Part shown: in pieces, positions 32,075-41,323 of the stretch
Numbering within the stretch: position 1 is the stretch's first letter
Layout: every line of letters starts with the position of its first letter
NCBI GenBank assembly: GCA_035627515.1
Contig: DASPLQ010000012.1
Coordinates: 650,331 to 714,330, forward strand
Source: Vitreimonas sp.
GTDB taxonomy: Bacteria > Patescibacteriota > Microgenomatia > UBA1400 > PJMF01
DNA length: 64,000 bases
Reading direction: 5' to 3'
Notes under the pieces: generated by a model
What the model was told of the DNA's origin: nothing
The model's database searches: none
Seen by the model: the letters and a program-made list of their open reading frames with translations, nothing else
Program-made: the position numbers and the translations under genes

Positions 32075-32217
32075 TTCGCCTTTTCTTTGTCTCGCGGTGA
32101 GTGTAAGAACTCTGTAAGATGTGTACCAGGCATGGAAAAAGATCCACGCAGGAGTATTACGTTTCTCGGTTTAAGCCGCAGCAAGCGCTTGTTTGCTGTC
32201 GGTTTAATTGTGATGGC
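32075..32217 (+). repeat. 143-nt near-identical promoter/N-terminal segment, copy 2
   Basis: Offset 11311 from copy 1 at 20764-20906. Confidence 0.92.
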
Positions 32218-35200
32218 AGGAATAGCATGGTGGTCGATCCGACCAAACAGGCTTCTCGAGCCCAGTGGTGATCAATTGGCAGTCGCACAGGGAAAAAGCG
32301 TAGGCTCTGGTCGAGTTCTAGGTACTGACACCGAAGAGATTACCCCAGCCACGTTTCAAGTCCAAGTGGCGACAGTGTTCTCAGATGTGGTGAGGATCGC
32401 AGAGTTGAGTGTGGCAGAAGGTTCAGTGTTTGCAGGGCTGGCTGAGTTTCAAGATGAAGTCATCATGCGCGCCAATGCTGAAGTAAGAGGTGATTTAACA
32501 GTTGGTGGGCGGTTAATTTTGAATGATGATGCGTTTGGCAATGACATTGATATCGATATCGAACAAGGCACCATCACTGCTGGCACCGTCACCGCCGATA
32601 ACTTAGTCTACTCAGTTAAAGCTGGCTCGGGCATTTCGGTCAGTGGCACACAGGACGTGACTATTTCCGCCACTGATTTAGGTTCTTCGCAAAAGATTTT
32701 TAAAAACGTTAAAGTCAATAGTGACACCATTACAGCAGCCAATAATGAAGACACCCTCACCCTCAAAAATGGTTCTGGTGTTAACTTATCTCGATCCGGC
32801 AATGAAATTACTTTTGCCAGCGATAACATTAGTGGCTGGGTGCGCTCAGGTAGTTATGTGGCCTTGGTAGATGCTACCACTTCCGTAGGTATTGGGACCG
32901 CTACCCCCACCAATAAACTGGAAATCAATTCCGGTACCACTCACACTTCTGGTCTCACCTTTAGTCAAATGACGTCTGCCTCTACGGTCGGGGTTGGGGG
33001 CGGTAAAGTATTGTCAGTCGATTCTGGTGGCCGAGTGATTTTAGTGCAGGACCAAACGGGTGACACTCCCGATGCAGAATCAGTTTTGCCTTCTACAACT
33101 ACTGGTGGCACCTTATATTTCAATGGCCTGAACTGGGTAGGCAGCACCAATCTCTATCACAATGGTGGTCAAGTGGGTATTTCCACTACACCTGCTGCCA
33201 ACTCACGTTTTCATGTTCTAACGAATGCCGTGGATAAGGTTGGGGCAGTGATTCAGCGCGTTGTTTCTCAGACGGCAAATTTGTTAGAGTTTCGTGATGA
33301 AAATGGTAATGCGCTGAGTTATTTTGATGAAGAGGGCGTTTATCATGGTGAAGCAGAGTTAACGGGCTCGATTACTGGCTCTATTAACCCTGGTTTAGTC
33401 CAAGGACAAGTAGCTTATCAAGGAGCTTCTGCTTTGGCTGGTAGCAACTCATTATTTTGGGATGCTGGTAACTCGCGCTTAGGGATTGGAACTAATGGGC
33501 CTTCTTCTCAGTTACACCTCAACTCAAGTACAGACGGGACAACTACTGGCATTACTTTAGCTAGCCAATACAACACGCTCAAGCTGTATGGCCGAGGTAA
33601 CTCACCAGCTAGCTCAGTTATCGAATCGAGCGGGAGCTTTCCAGGAATCACTTTTAGAACTGGTTCTAGTCCTGCTGATCGTATGTACTTAGATCTGGTT
33701 GGTAAATTAGCACTAGGGCACACTTCACCAGTGGGCTTATTTGATGTCAGTGGCAAGGTCACCGGTAAAGCTCTAAATATTCTTAACGAAACCGGTAACC
33801 AAGATATTTTCACCGCCTCGGCTTCAGGAACTTCACGGTTCACGATTAAGAATGATGGGAGTGTGGGTGTAGGCACAGTGAGTCCAAGTCAGGCCCTACA
33901 TGTAGTTGGTAATTTAGCCGTCGAAGGTGTGGAAACTGGGACAGGAGGCATAGCTGAAAATAGTGGACGCATTAGAGTTGGGAATCGAACTAATGGAGGT
34001 GTGACCACGAAATACTTAGAAATGTGGAGTAACTGGGATACCCCTGTTATTCAAAGTGTTGGATATGGGCAGCCCTTATCTATCACTTCATCAACTGGTC
34101 GAATAAGCATGAATCCTATTAGCTCAGGGGGTACGGCCACTAATTCGAACAATATGATTTTTTTGAGAGTGGGTCATGGGGCAGGGAGTACGAGTAACGT
34201 CAGTCCGGCAATAGCTGGTTCAGGAGGGCTTGGTGTCTGGGCCAGTGATATTAACTCTAGTTTACTGATTATTGATACTTCAACAGCTGGGCATAATCGC
34301 CCTCTGATTGAAGCCAGCGAGGCAACGGTATCTCGTCTCTATTTGCATCAGGATGGTCGGTTAGGTCTCAATAACAGTTCACCAACTGGCACCTTACACG
34401 TTGTGACTGGTTCAACAGCTGGTAAAGCATTGACAATTTTTAATGAAACCGGTGATCAGAATATTTTGACTGCTTCAGCCTCCGGTACCACGCGGATGGT
34501 TTTAACTAATAATGGGCTGTTAGGAGTGGGAACAACTTCTCCGACTTCCAGAGTCCACGTTCAAGGGGATTTAGCCGTGACCGATGGATCTGGTAATCCA
34601 GGTATACTGAGAATTGGTACCAATGAAAAAGGCCTCCTGTATTTGACTGGTAGTACCTTAGCTCTTCAAAGTAATAATTATCCTATTACTATTCAATCAA
34701 TCGGAGGTGCTTTTGGTGGATATATTCGTTTCAATCTAGGTGGAACTGAAGCCATGAGATTAACAAGCGCCGGGAATTTTGGCATTGGAACTACCGCTGC
34801 AACTTCGCCACTACATGTTAACGCTGGGTATGGCTCAAATGCCTTGGCTGCTTTCAATCAACTCAATGGTGGTGACATTCTGACAGCTAGCGCCAGTGGT
34901 ACTACCCGGATGGTGTTAAGTAATGCTGGGCGGTTGGGATTAAACACTCTTACTCCAGGCGCCTTAGGTGATTTTGCCGCTCCTACGAGTACGGTTGGTT
35001 TGATTGTTAGAGCTACTGCTTCCGGCGGACAGAATGCTCAAGAGTGGTACAACAATGGTAATTCTTTAACAGCGGCTGTTAACAATCAAGGTAGCTTTTA
35101 TACTGGCAGTTGTGCAGCAGTAGGAACTTCAAGTCTATGTGGCTCGCAATTGGCAGTGGTATCAGGTAGTCCAACTCGACCTGGTATTAGTGTGAGCGGT

Positions 35201-36394
35201 GCTTCAGGCCAATCCGCAGCACTTTTAAGCTTAACCGGAGCTGGCACCATTGCCGCAGGTACTAGTACCTACATGAACCTGGATCTTTCTGGTTTAGTGC
35301 TTACAACCAACAATCCTACTATTAATGGTTTTAATATTAGTAATATTCCTACTGGCAGCGGCGTAGAAACCGCGATTAAAGTGGGTACCGGTTGGGATGT
35401 AGCGGCAACTTTTGCGTCAGGCAACATTGGTTTGGGCACCAGTACGTTTGGAACGTCGGCTGATAAAGTGCTGGCCATTGCCGGCTCTACTGCGCCCAGC
35501 TCAGCGATCACTGATGGCATTCAACTCTTTGCTGTTGATCAAAGTGGCAGCCACGAGTTGAGAGTTATGGACGAAGCTGGAAATATCACTACGCTTTCAC
35601 CTCACAATTTCAGTTTAATTCCTGAAGGCCGTAGTGAGGATCTAGCTTGGAGTTTTTACTCAGAGCGTAATGGCTTAGCGATTAATGCTGATATGACCAA
35701 AGCCTTGCGGTTGGTAGAAAAACTGAGTGGTGAGCAATTAATTTACTTAAAAGATCTAGACACTAATCAGGACGTCACCCCGACATTTACTCAGGAGTTG
35801 CCTAGCGCTCAAACGCTTTTAGCTGAAGGAGAAATTCCGGCCGTAGCTCGTTGGAGTTATCAATTATGGAGCTTCATTGGTGAAGTGGTATTTGAAAAAC
35901 CAGCACGCTTTTTAGCCTCAGTAGTATTTGAGAATGACGTCAAAGTGGAAGGTTTCATTGAGCAGAGTCCAGCCGCAGCAGGTTGGGCAGAAATAAAGGC
36001 CGGTGACGGTGAAGTGAAAGTCACGTATGCCCAAGCTTACCCCGCACAGCCTGTACTGACTGTGACTCCCACGAAGAGTGGCGTAAAGTATCAACTGGTA
36101 GATGAAACCACCACTGGCTTTACAATTAAACTCGAAGCACCCGCCGCTCAGCTCGAACGCTTTGCATGGCAGGCACAATTTATTACCAGTCCCCAAACCA
36201 CCACTAGTAATGGGGGAAGTAGCCCATCACCTTCACCCACAGCTAGTTCCAGTCCCAGCCCCAGCCCGAGCTCAGCCCCAGTCATTGCCTCGCCATCACC
36301 GACCCCACTTGTCTCACCTGAGCCGAGTCCTAGCTCCCAGCCGGATGCAACTCCAGAGCCGACAGCCAGTGATTCAGCGGGGCTGAGTGAATAA
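32132..36394 (+). CDS. Second giant tail-fibre-like surface protein, paralog of 20821..24834, without S74 domain
   Basis: Shares N-terminal ~460 aa and TASASGT modules with the paralog; distinct middle; shared C-terminal VKVTY..P.LTVTP domain and Pro/Ser tail. Confidence 0.85.
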   Translation: MEKDPRRSITFLGLSRSKRLFAVGLIVMAGIAWWSIRPNRLLEPSGDQLAVAQGKSVGSGRVLGTDTEEITPATFQVQVATVFSDVVRIAELSVAEGSVFAGLAEFQDEVIMRANAEVRGDLTVGGRLILNDDAFGNDIDIDIEQGTITAGTVTADNLVYSVKAGSGISVSGTQDVTISATDLGSSQKIFKNVKVNSDTITAANNEDTLTLKNGSGVNLSRSGNEITFASDNISGWVRSGSYVALVDATTSVGIGTATPTNKLEINSGTTHTSGLTFSQMTSASTVGVGGGKVLSVDSGGRVILVQDQTGDTPDAESVLPSTTTGGTLYFNGLNWVGSTNLYHNGGQVGISTTPAANSRFHVLTNAVDKVGAVIQRVVSQTANLLEFRDENGNALSYFDEEGVYHGEAELTGSITGSINPGLVQGQVAYQGASALAGSNSLFWDAGNSRLGIGTNGPSSQLHLNSSTDGTTTGITLASQYNTLKLYGRGNSPASSVIESSGSFPGITFRTGSSPADRMYLDLVGKLALGHTSPVGLFDVSGKVTGKALNILNETGNQDIFTASASGTSRFTIKNDGSVGVGTVSPSQALHVVGNLAVEGVETGTGGIAENSGRIRVGNRTNGGVTTKYLEMWSNWDTPVIQSVGYGQPLSITSSTGRISMNPISSGGTATNSNNMIFLRVGHGAGSTSNVSPAIAGSGGLGVWASDINSSLLIIDTSTAGHNRPLIEASEATVSRLYLHQDGRLGLNNSSPTGTLHVVTGSTAGKALTIFNETGDQNILTASASGTTRMVLTNNGLLGVGTTSPTSRVHVQGDLAVTDGSGNPGILRIGTNEKGLLYLTGSTLALQSNNYPITIQSIGGAFGGYIRFNLGGTEAMRLTSAGNFGIGTTAATSPLHVNAGYGSNALAAFNQLNGGDILTASASGTTRMVLSNAGRLGLNTLTPGALGDFAAPTSTVGLIVRATASGGQNAQEWYNNGNSLTAAVNNQGSFYTGSCAAVGTSSLCGSQLAVVSGSPTRPGISVSGASGQSAALLSLTGAGTIAAGTSTYMNLDLSGLVLTTNNPTINGFNISNIPTGSGVETAIKVGTGWDVAATFASGNIGLGTSTFGTSADKVLAIAGSTAPSSAITDGIQLFAVDQSGSHELRVMDEAGNITTLSPHNFSLIPEGRSEDLAWSFYSERNGLAINADMTKALRLVEKLSGEQLIYLKDLDTNQDVTPTFTQELPSAQTLLAEGEIPAVARWSYQLWSFIGEVVFEKPARFLASVVFENDVKVEGFIEQSPAAAGWAEIKAGDGEVKVTYAQAYPAQPVLTVTPTKSGVKYQLVDETTTGFTIKLEAPAAQLERFAWQAQFITSPQTTTSNGGSSPSPSPTASSSPSPSPSSAPVIASPSPTPLVSPEPSPSSQPDATPEPTASDSAGLSE

Positions 36395-36444
36395 TTCAGC
36401 TGCTGCTTGACCCTCTAGATGTTTCTCGTCAGAATAGAGGGGCT

Positions 36445-37170
36445 ATGAATGAACAGCCTCTCATTACTCCTGTCACCGCTCCAAAGAAGAAATTAGCGTG
36501 GAAGACCTTGATTTTTAGAGGTTTATTTTTGATTCTTGTTGTCGCTCTCGCTGCTACCGCATATCTCTATTATCAAACCCGTCAGGAGATTACGTACTTA
36601 ACTACTGAAGCTGGTCAGCAAGAAATGGCTCGTCGCGAAGTAGAAGCTGTCACCAGTCGTTTGAAAAAATTAACCATTTTGCCAGAAGAAGATCCAGTCG
36701 TGGCCACCATTCTCGATCCTGATTACTTAGCTTCTCAATCTGCTTTTTACCAGAAGTCTGAAAAAGGTGACAAACTGGTGGTCTATCCTCAAGCGCAAAA
36801 AGCTTACATTTATAGTCCTGGTCGGGATCTGATCGTCAATGCCGGTCCGCTGATTGTGCAGCCAGAAGAGGGCGTGGAACAGACTTCGCCAGCTGAAAAA
36901 GTGAGTATTGAAGTCCGCAATGGTTCTAATCAAGCCGGGGCAGGTACAGCTTTTTCCCAGCAACTCAACCAAGACGTCTTTACTGTCACCCAAGTGCGCG
37001 ATGCAGCCAATAAAAATTATACTGAAACCTTAATTGTTGTCCGCGACGCTGATATCACCGATGACTCTTTGAGTGGTATAGCTCAGGCCACCAATGGCCG
37101 AATTGTGCGGGAATTGCCAAGTGGTGAAACTGCTTCCACGGCCCAAATTGTGGTCATTATTGGTGGTTAA
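36445..37170 (+). CDS. Single-TM protein with C-terminal LytR_C domain
   Basis: SIEVRNGSNQAGAG...YTETLIV...IVVIIG. Confidence 0.8.
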   Translation: MNEQPLITPVTAPKKKLAWKTLIFRGLFLILVVALAATAYLYYQTRQEITYLTTEAGQQEMARREVEAVTSRLKKLTILPEEDPVVATILDPDYLASQSAFYQKSEKGDKLVVYPQAQKAYIYSPGRDLIVNAGPLIVQPEEGVEQTSPAEKVSIEVRNGSNQAGAGTAFSQQLNQDVFTVTQVRDAANKNYTETLIVVRDADITDDSLSGIAQATNGRIVRELPSGETASTAQIVVIIGG

Positions 37171-37184
37171 ATAAGCTAGTATCT

Positions 37185-37826
37185 ATGTCTATCACTGCGT
37201 TCAATCCTGCACATTTATTGACCTTTTATCAGTTAGCCGAAAAACTCAAAACCACGCTCCGCCATAGTTGGCTGAATGACGGTGTGCGTCGTGAAAGTGT
37301 GGCCGAACATTCTTGGATGATGGCCCTACTAGCAATGGTACTGATGCCACACTTGAGCCAGAAACTAGACGCGCTGAAAGTACTAAAAATGATCATTGTT
37401 CATGATCTTGCCGAAGCAGTCACGACCGATCTACCAGTTTGGGAAGGAGTCGTTAATAAAGCTCAGAAACAAGCCGCCGAGCAACAAGCGATTGAGCAAC
37501 TGTTCGCACCCTTAGACGCTGCTACCCGCCAAGATCTTGTTGAAGTGTGGGAAGAGTATGAAGCTCGCCAATCGCCGGAAGCAGTCTTTGTCAAAGCCAT
37601 TGATACGTTGGACGTTATCACCCAACATAATGTGGCACCCATCGAAACCTGGGATGATAATGATTACTTATGGCAGCTATCGCCATTACAGGACAAGTTT
37701 TTTGATATTGATGTAGTTTTGCGGCAGGTTAAGGATGAAATTGATAAATGGTCAATTGAAAAAGTCAGCGCGGTCAATAATTTAGCCAGGCTAGATCAAG
37801 CAGAGCTGAAAAAACGTCTAGGATAA
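37185..37826 (+). CDS. HD-domain phosphohydrolase (HDDC2/YfbR-like)
   Basis: LKTTLRHSW, ESVAEHSW, VHDLAEAVT, FVKAID. Confidence 0.88.
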   Translation: MSITAFNPAHLLTFYQLAEKLKTTLRHSWLNDGVRRESVAEHSWMMALLAMVLMPHLSQKLDALKVLKMIIVHDLAEAVTTDLPVWEGVVNKAQKQAAEQQAIEQLFAPLDAATRQDLVEVWEEYEARQSPEAVFVKAIDTLDVITQHNVAPIETWDDNDYLWQLSPLQDKFFDIDVVLRQVKDEIDKWSIEKVSAVNNLARLDQAELKKRLG

Positions 37827-37827
37827 A

Positions 37828-38985
37828 ATGTCTAATACTGCCCCCCAATACTGCCAACGTTTTACCCAGGCTTATGGCGAGCTGAAATCAGGATTTAACG
37901 AAGCTGAGTTTAAAGCACAGCTAGAAGAGTTGTTAACTAATCCTACGCTGGAGTTATATGAGCGCCTTCGCAAACAGTATCAGGAAACGTTGGGGCGAAA
38001 ATTTGCCTTACAAGCTGAGTATGAAGAGCAAGCATGGGAGTTGATGAGAAAATACTTTACAGAGGATAATCCTCAGGATGAGGTTTTTTTCGACAATCTA
38101 GTTTTAGATCCCACGACCAACACCTTTATACTGCAAGGTGATTTTCATAACGAAAACGGTCATAAGTATACTTTTTTCCCAAACTTAATTCGTGAAGTGA
38201 CAGGCAATATTACTTTATTTGACGCTATGACTGAGTTAGGTGGTGTCAAGAGAATTGGTGGTGAGTTGGATTTAGAGTTGAAGGCAGAAAGTGGGGAGAT
38301 GGTTTTTAATGCCCCACACTTGGAGTACGCCTATGCTATTAAAAGTGGTGCTAATAAAGGATGTGTTTTTAATTTTCCTTCACTTACAGAAATTGAGGAT
38401 GAGCTAGAGATTTCTGATTCTGCTCAAATTTTGATGCCTCAGTTACGAAAATGTCCAGATATGTTCATTACTACTCGCAGTGCATTCGAGCTGCCGGAGT
38501 TAAAAACATTGCAAAGTGGAATTATTTCTGCCAGTGATGTCAACTTACCCGCTTGCGAGGAAGTAGTCTCTTTAAAGCTTTTTGGTGGCAATACTGCTCG
38601 AGCACGTTTACCGAGGTTAAAGAAAGCGCCGACATTAACTTTACACAACTTCTTGGGTGCAGATATTCCTGAGCTAGTCACGGTTGGTAATTTGGAAGCA
38701 AATAGATCTAAAGTAAACTTCGCCGCTTTGACTCATATTACTAATGGTTTAGTACTCATCATTGAGACAGATGAAATTGAACATCTGGATGATTATTTCC
38801 CCGCCCTCAAAAGGATTTCCGTCAACCGACCGTTTGATTATGGAGTTAAAGTGGGTGATGCTAATCAAATTCCTCTACTAAAACAAAAGTTTGAGAAAAT
38901 GGGCGTGATGATTGAAGCTGAAATAAAAGGTCCCACTCCTCCAGCACAAAAACCACTCAAACGTAATAACATGAATTGGGGCTAA
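37828..38985 (+). CDS. Leucine-rich (receptor L-domain-like) repeat protein
   Basis: Repeating xPxLxxI/V units (FPSLTEI, MPQLRKC, LPELKTL, IPELVTV, FPALKRI). Confidence 0.6.
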   Translation: MSNTAPQYCQRFTQAYGELKSGFNEAEFKAQLEELLTNPTLELYERLRKQYQETLGRKFALQAEYEEQAWELMRKYFTEDNPQDEVFFDNLVLDPTTNTFILQGDFHNENGHKYTFFPNLIREVTGNITLFDAMTELGGVKRIGGELDLELKAESGEMVFNAPHLEYAYAIKSGANKGCVFNFPSLTEIEDELEISDSAQILMPQLRKCPDMFITTRSAFELPELKTLQSGIISASDVNLPACEEVVSLKLFGGNTARARLPRLKKAPTLTLHNFLGADIPELVTVGNLEANRSKVNFAALTHITNGLVLIIETDEIEHLDDYFPALKRISVNRPFDYGVKVGDANQIPLLKQKFEKMGVMIEAEIKGPTPPAQKPLKRNNMNWG

Positions 38986-39031
38986 GAGTATATTGGCGAA
39001 AGTCTGGGCTTGTTTTTACTCACCACTTTCC

Positions 39032-39047
39032 ACTACAATTCGTAGTA
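39032..39047. promoter_or_regulatory. BlaI-type operator overlapping the blaI -10 box
   Basis: Palindrome ACTAC-AATTC-GTAGT(A) just before the ATG; contains TACAAT. Confidence 0.75.
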
Positions 39048-39048
39048 C

Positions 39049-39417
39049 ATGAAACCAACCTCTAACTTAGGTCCTTTGGAACAAGCCGTGATGGAAGTTG
39101 TATGGCAGTATCATCCGCACCAACCAGTGTCAGTTCGCACAGTGCTGGAAGTATTACGTGAGCGTAAAGAAATTGCCTATACCACCGTCATGACAATCAT
39201 GACGCGTTTAGTGGCTAAAGGGTATTTAACCAAAACTAAACAAGGTAAAAGTTTTTATTATCAGCCCCAACAAAACCAAGAACAGACCTTAAAATCACTG
39301 GTTAAAAAAACGTTGAGTAATTTCATTGAGCGGTTTGGTGAAGAAGCCGTAGCAGCTTTCCTAGATGAAGCCGAAGCGCACCAGCCTAAAAAAAATCGGG
39401 TCAAACGCCGAACATAA
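39049..39417 (+). CDS. blaI: BlaI/MecI/CopY family transcriptional repressor
   Basis: LGPLEQAVMEVVW...IAYTTVMTIMTRLVAKGYL. Confidence 0.92.
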   Translation: MKPTSNLGPLEQAVMEVVWQYHPHQPVSVRTVLEVLRERKEIAYTTVMTIMTRLVAKGYLTKTKQGKSFYYQPQQNQEQTLKSLVKKTLSNFIERFGEEAVAAFLDEAEAHQPKKNRVKRRT

Positions 39418-39424
39418 AGTCTAT

Positions 39425-40441
39425 ATGCATATCCGTACTGAATGGCAGTTAGTAGTATTTCTGAGTATTTGTTTGAGTGTCATGGGTGTAGTTTTTTTCC
39501 AGCTCTTAGAAAAGTTTTCATTTTTAAGTGTTAGTCAAGTTGCTGAGGTATGTTCCAGTTTAGCTGTTAGCTTTAGCTACTCTTATTTTTATCACTGTGG
39601 CCAAACGTTGGCCGTAGTGGCCAGTGGTTTAATTACGGGTTTGTATCTCAAGGCTCTGATCTCATTTGTAAAAACCCAGCGTCATGGAGCGCAGTTGTTG
39701 TCGAAAAAAGTGTCTCGGATGCCGATCCGACTACTCCGCCTGAGTAATCAATTAGGTTTGGAGAACGATGAGCTGATCTTAATTAATTCGTCACAGCCAG
39801 TAGCCATTACCGTAGGAATTTTTAACCCTCGGATTGTGATTAGTACTCACTTAATGACTGAACTCACTCACAAAGAACTGGAAGCAGTTTTAATCCATGA
39901 GGTTCACCACTTACGACGTTGTCATCCTTTATTATTTTTAGCCGCTGAAGTAGTTGCTTCCAGCTTACCTTTTGTGCCCATTATTAAAGAAATCGTGGGA
40001 CATTTTCGATATCTCATGGAATATCAAGCTGATAAGCGCGCAACCAAGTTGCAGGGTAGTATAGTATATATTTCACGAGCTCTTCACAAAATGACTGCTG
40101 GCACCACTCAGTATGCATTATTTCCTGCCTTTAGTTATACACGTCAGCAATCACGGTTGAGAGCGGTTAGTACTCAGCCGCATGGTCTAAACCTGACGTT
40201 GAGAAGTTTGCTCATCTCCGCGATCACGGTGATGAGTTTAAGCGGTTTACTCGTGATTCCAATCTCTGTTCGAGCTCAACAGGCTGGTGCTTCCACTGGG
40301 CTGGTTAACTGCAGCTCACACAATGCGGATCAGTGTACAACGTACTGTCACCCCGGCGTGATGAGTTTTTACCAACTCGAAACCAGCCCCAATCGCTCCA
40401 CCGACCCACTGTTGTCACAACCCTTAACTCCTGCGTATTGA
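39425..40441 (+). CDS. M56 family membrane metallopeptidase (BlaR1-like, no beta-lactam sensor domain)
   Basis: GIFNPRIVIS, ELEAVLIHEVHH, EYQAD; short Cys-containing C-terminal tail. Confidence 0.88.
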   Translation: MHIRTEWQLVVFLSICLSVMGVVFFQLLEKFSFLSVSQVAEVCSSLAVSFSYSYFYHCGQTLAVVASGLITGLYLKALISFVKTQRHGAQLLSKKVSRMPIRLLRLSNQLGLENDELILINSSQPVAITVGIFNPRIVISTHLMTELTHKELEAVLIHEVHHLRRCHPLLFLAAEVVASSLPFVPIIKEIVGHFRYLMEYQADKRATKLQGSIVYISRALHKMTAGTTQYALFPAFSYTRQQSRLRAVSTQPHGLNLTLRSLLISAITVMSLSGLLVIPISVRAQQAGASTGLVNCSSHNADQCTTYCHPGVMSFYQLETSPNRSTDPLLSQPLTPAY

Positions 40442-40457
40442 CCAAGGCCCAAATAAT

Positions 40458-40474
40458 TACTACACTACGTAGTA
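40458..40474. promoter_or_regulatory. Second BlaI-type operator upstream of dsbA
   Basis: Perfect TACTAC-N5-GTAGTA palindrome. Confidence 0.75.
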
Positions 40475-40495
40475 GATATTAAGTATTAAGGTGTT

Positions 40496-41275
40496 ATGAG
40501 ACCTCAAAACCCGTATTCCTTGGCCGCAGTGATGGCCTTTCTCAATAATAATTTCGCGATCGTCATTTTGGCAGTAGTGATGTTTGCAGCTGGTTTCTTT
40601 TTAGGTTCGATGTGGACTGAAAACCAACTCTTGAAAAATGGTACTGGCGTGGCCGCAGCTCCGAGTGCAGCTCTTCCCACCGATCCTAGTGCGGTCGCTC
40701 CCAGTGGGCCTACCAAAGATCAGTTAGCCCAGGTTCCCGCTGTCACCGATGAAGATATGCAGCGCGGAAGCACAAATCCCAAGATCACCTTGATTGAGTA
40801 CTCAGATTTTGAGTGTCCTTTTTGTCAACGTTTTCACCCCACTATGCAACAAGTGATGGATGAGTACGGTGACCAGGTCCAATGGGTGTATCGTCATTAT
40901 CCGTTGTCCTTCCATCCCAATGCGCAAAAAGCTGCGGAAGCTGCAGAGTGTGTTAATAAAGTAGGTGGCGAAACAGCCTTTTGGAAGTATGCAGATGCGG
41001 TGTTCGAAGAGAATAGTAAGCTGGGAGGGACTTTGACTCCCGAAGCTATCAAGACAGCAGCCCAAGCAGCAGGTGTCAACATGAGTAGCTTCCAAACGTG
41101 TCTCGACAGTGGCGAGATGGCTGATAAAGTTAGCGCGCAAGCTAGCGGCGGTAGTTCAGCGGGTGTGAGCGGTACACCGGGAACCATCATCGTCACCGAA
41201 GATGGTGCTCAAGAAATGATTCCTGGAGCCTTACCATTTGAGCAGGTCAAACCTATGCTCGATAAGTACTTATAA
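40496..41275 (+). CDS. dsbA: DsbA-family thiol-disulfide oxidoreductase, membrane anchored
   Basis: IEYSDFECPFC, YRHYPL, GVSGTPG. Confidence 0.9.
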   Translation: MRPQNPYSLAAVMAFLNNNFAIVILAVVMFAAGFFLGSMWTENQLLKNGTGVAAAPSAALPTDPSAVAPSGPTKDQLAQVPAVTDEDMQRGSTNPKITLIEYSDFECPFCQRFHPTMQQVMDEYGDQVQWVYRHYPLSFHPNAQKAAEAAECVNKVGGETAFWKYADAVFEENSKLGGTLTPEAIKTAAQAAGVNMSSFQTCLDSGEMADKVSAQASGGSSAGVSGTPGTIIVTEDGAQEMIPGALPFEQVKPMLDKYL

Positions 41276-41286
41276 ATGATTATAAT

Positions 41287-41323
41287 AAACGGGTAGAGAG
41301 CACGACTTTCTACCCGTTTTTTT
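41287..41323 (+). terminator. Intrinsic terminator after dsbA, abutting the next ATG
   Basis: AAACGGGTAGAGAG-CACGA-CTTTCTACCCGTTT followed by a T-run. Confidence 0.75.

Noticed and set aside
20821-36394. Prophage tail module
   Set aside because: Fibre-like proteins have N-terminal membrane anchors and Pro/Ser tails; no capsid, terminase, tape-measure, lysis or integrase genes
20821-36394. Diversity-generating retroelement targets
   Set aside because: No reverse transcriptase; differences in the duplicated segment are not adenine-specific and it lies at the N-terminus
39049-40441. Beta-lactam resistance locus
   Set aside because: No beta-lactamase or PBP2a nearby and the M56 protein lacks the penicillin-binding sensor domain
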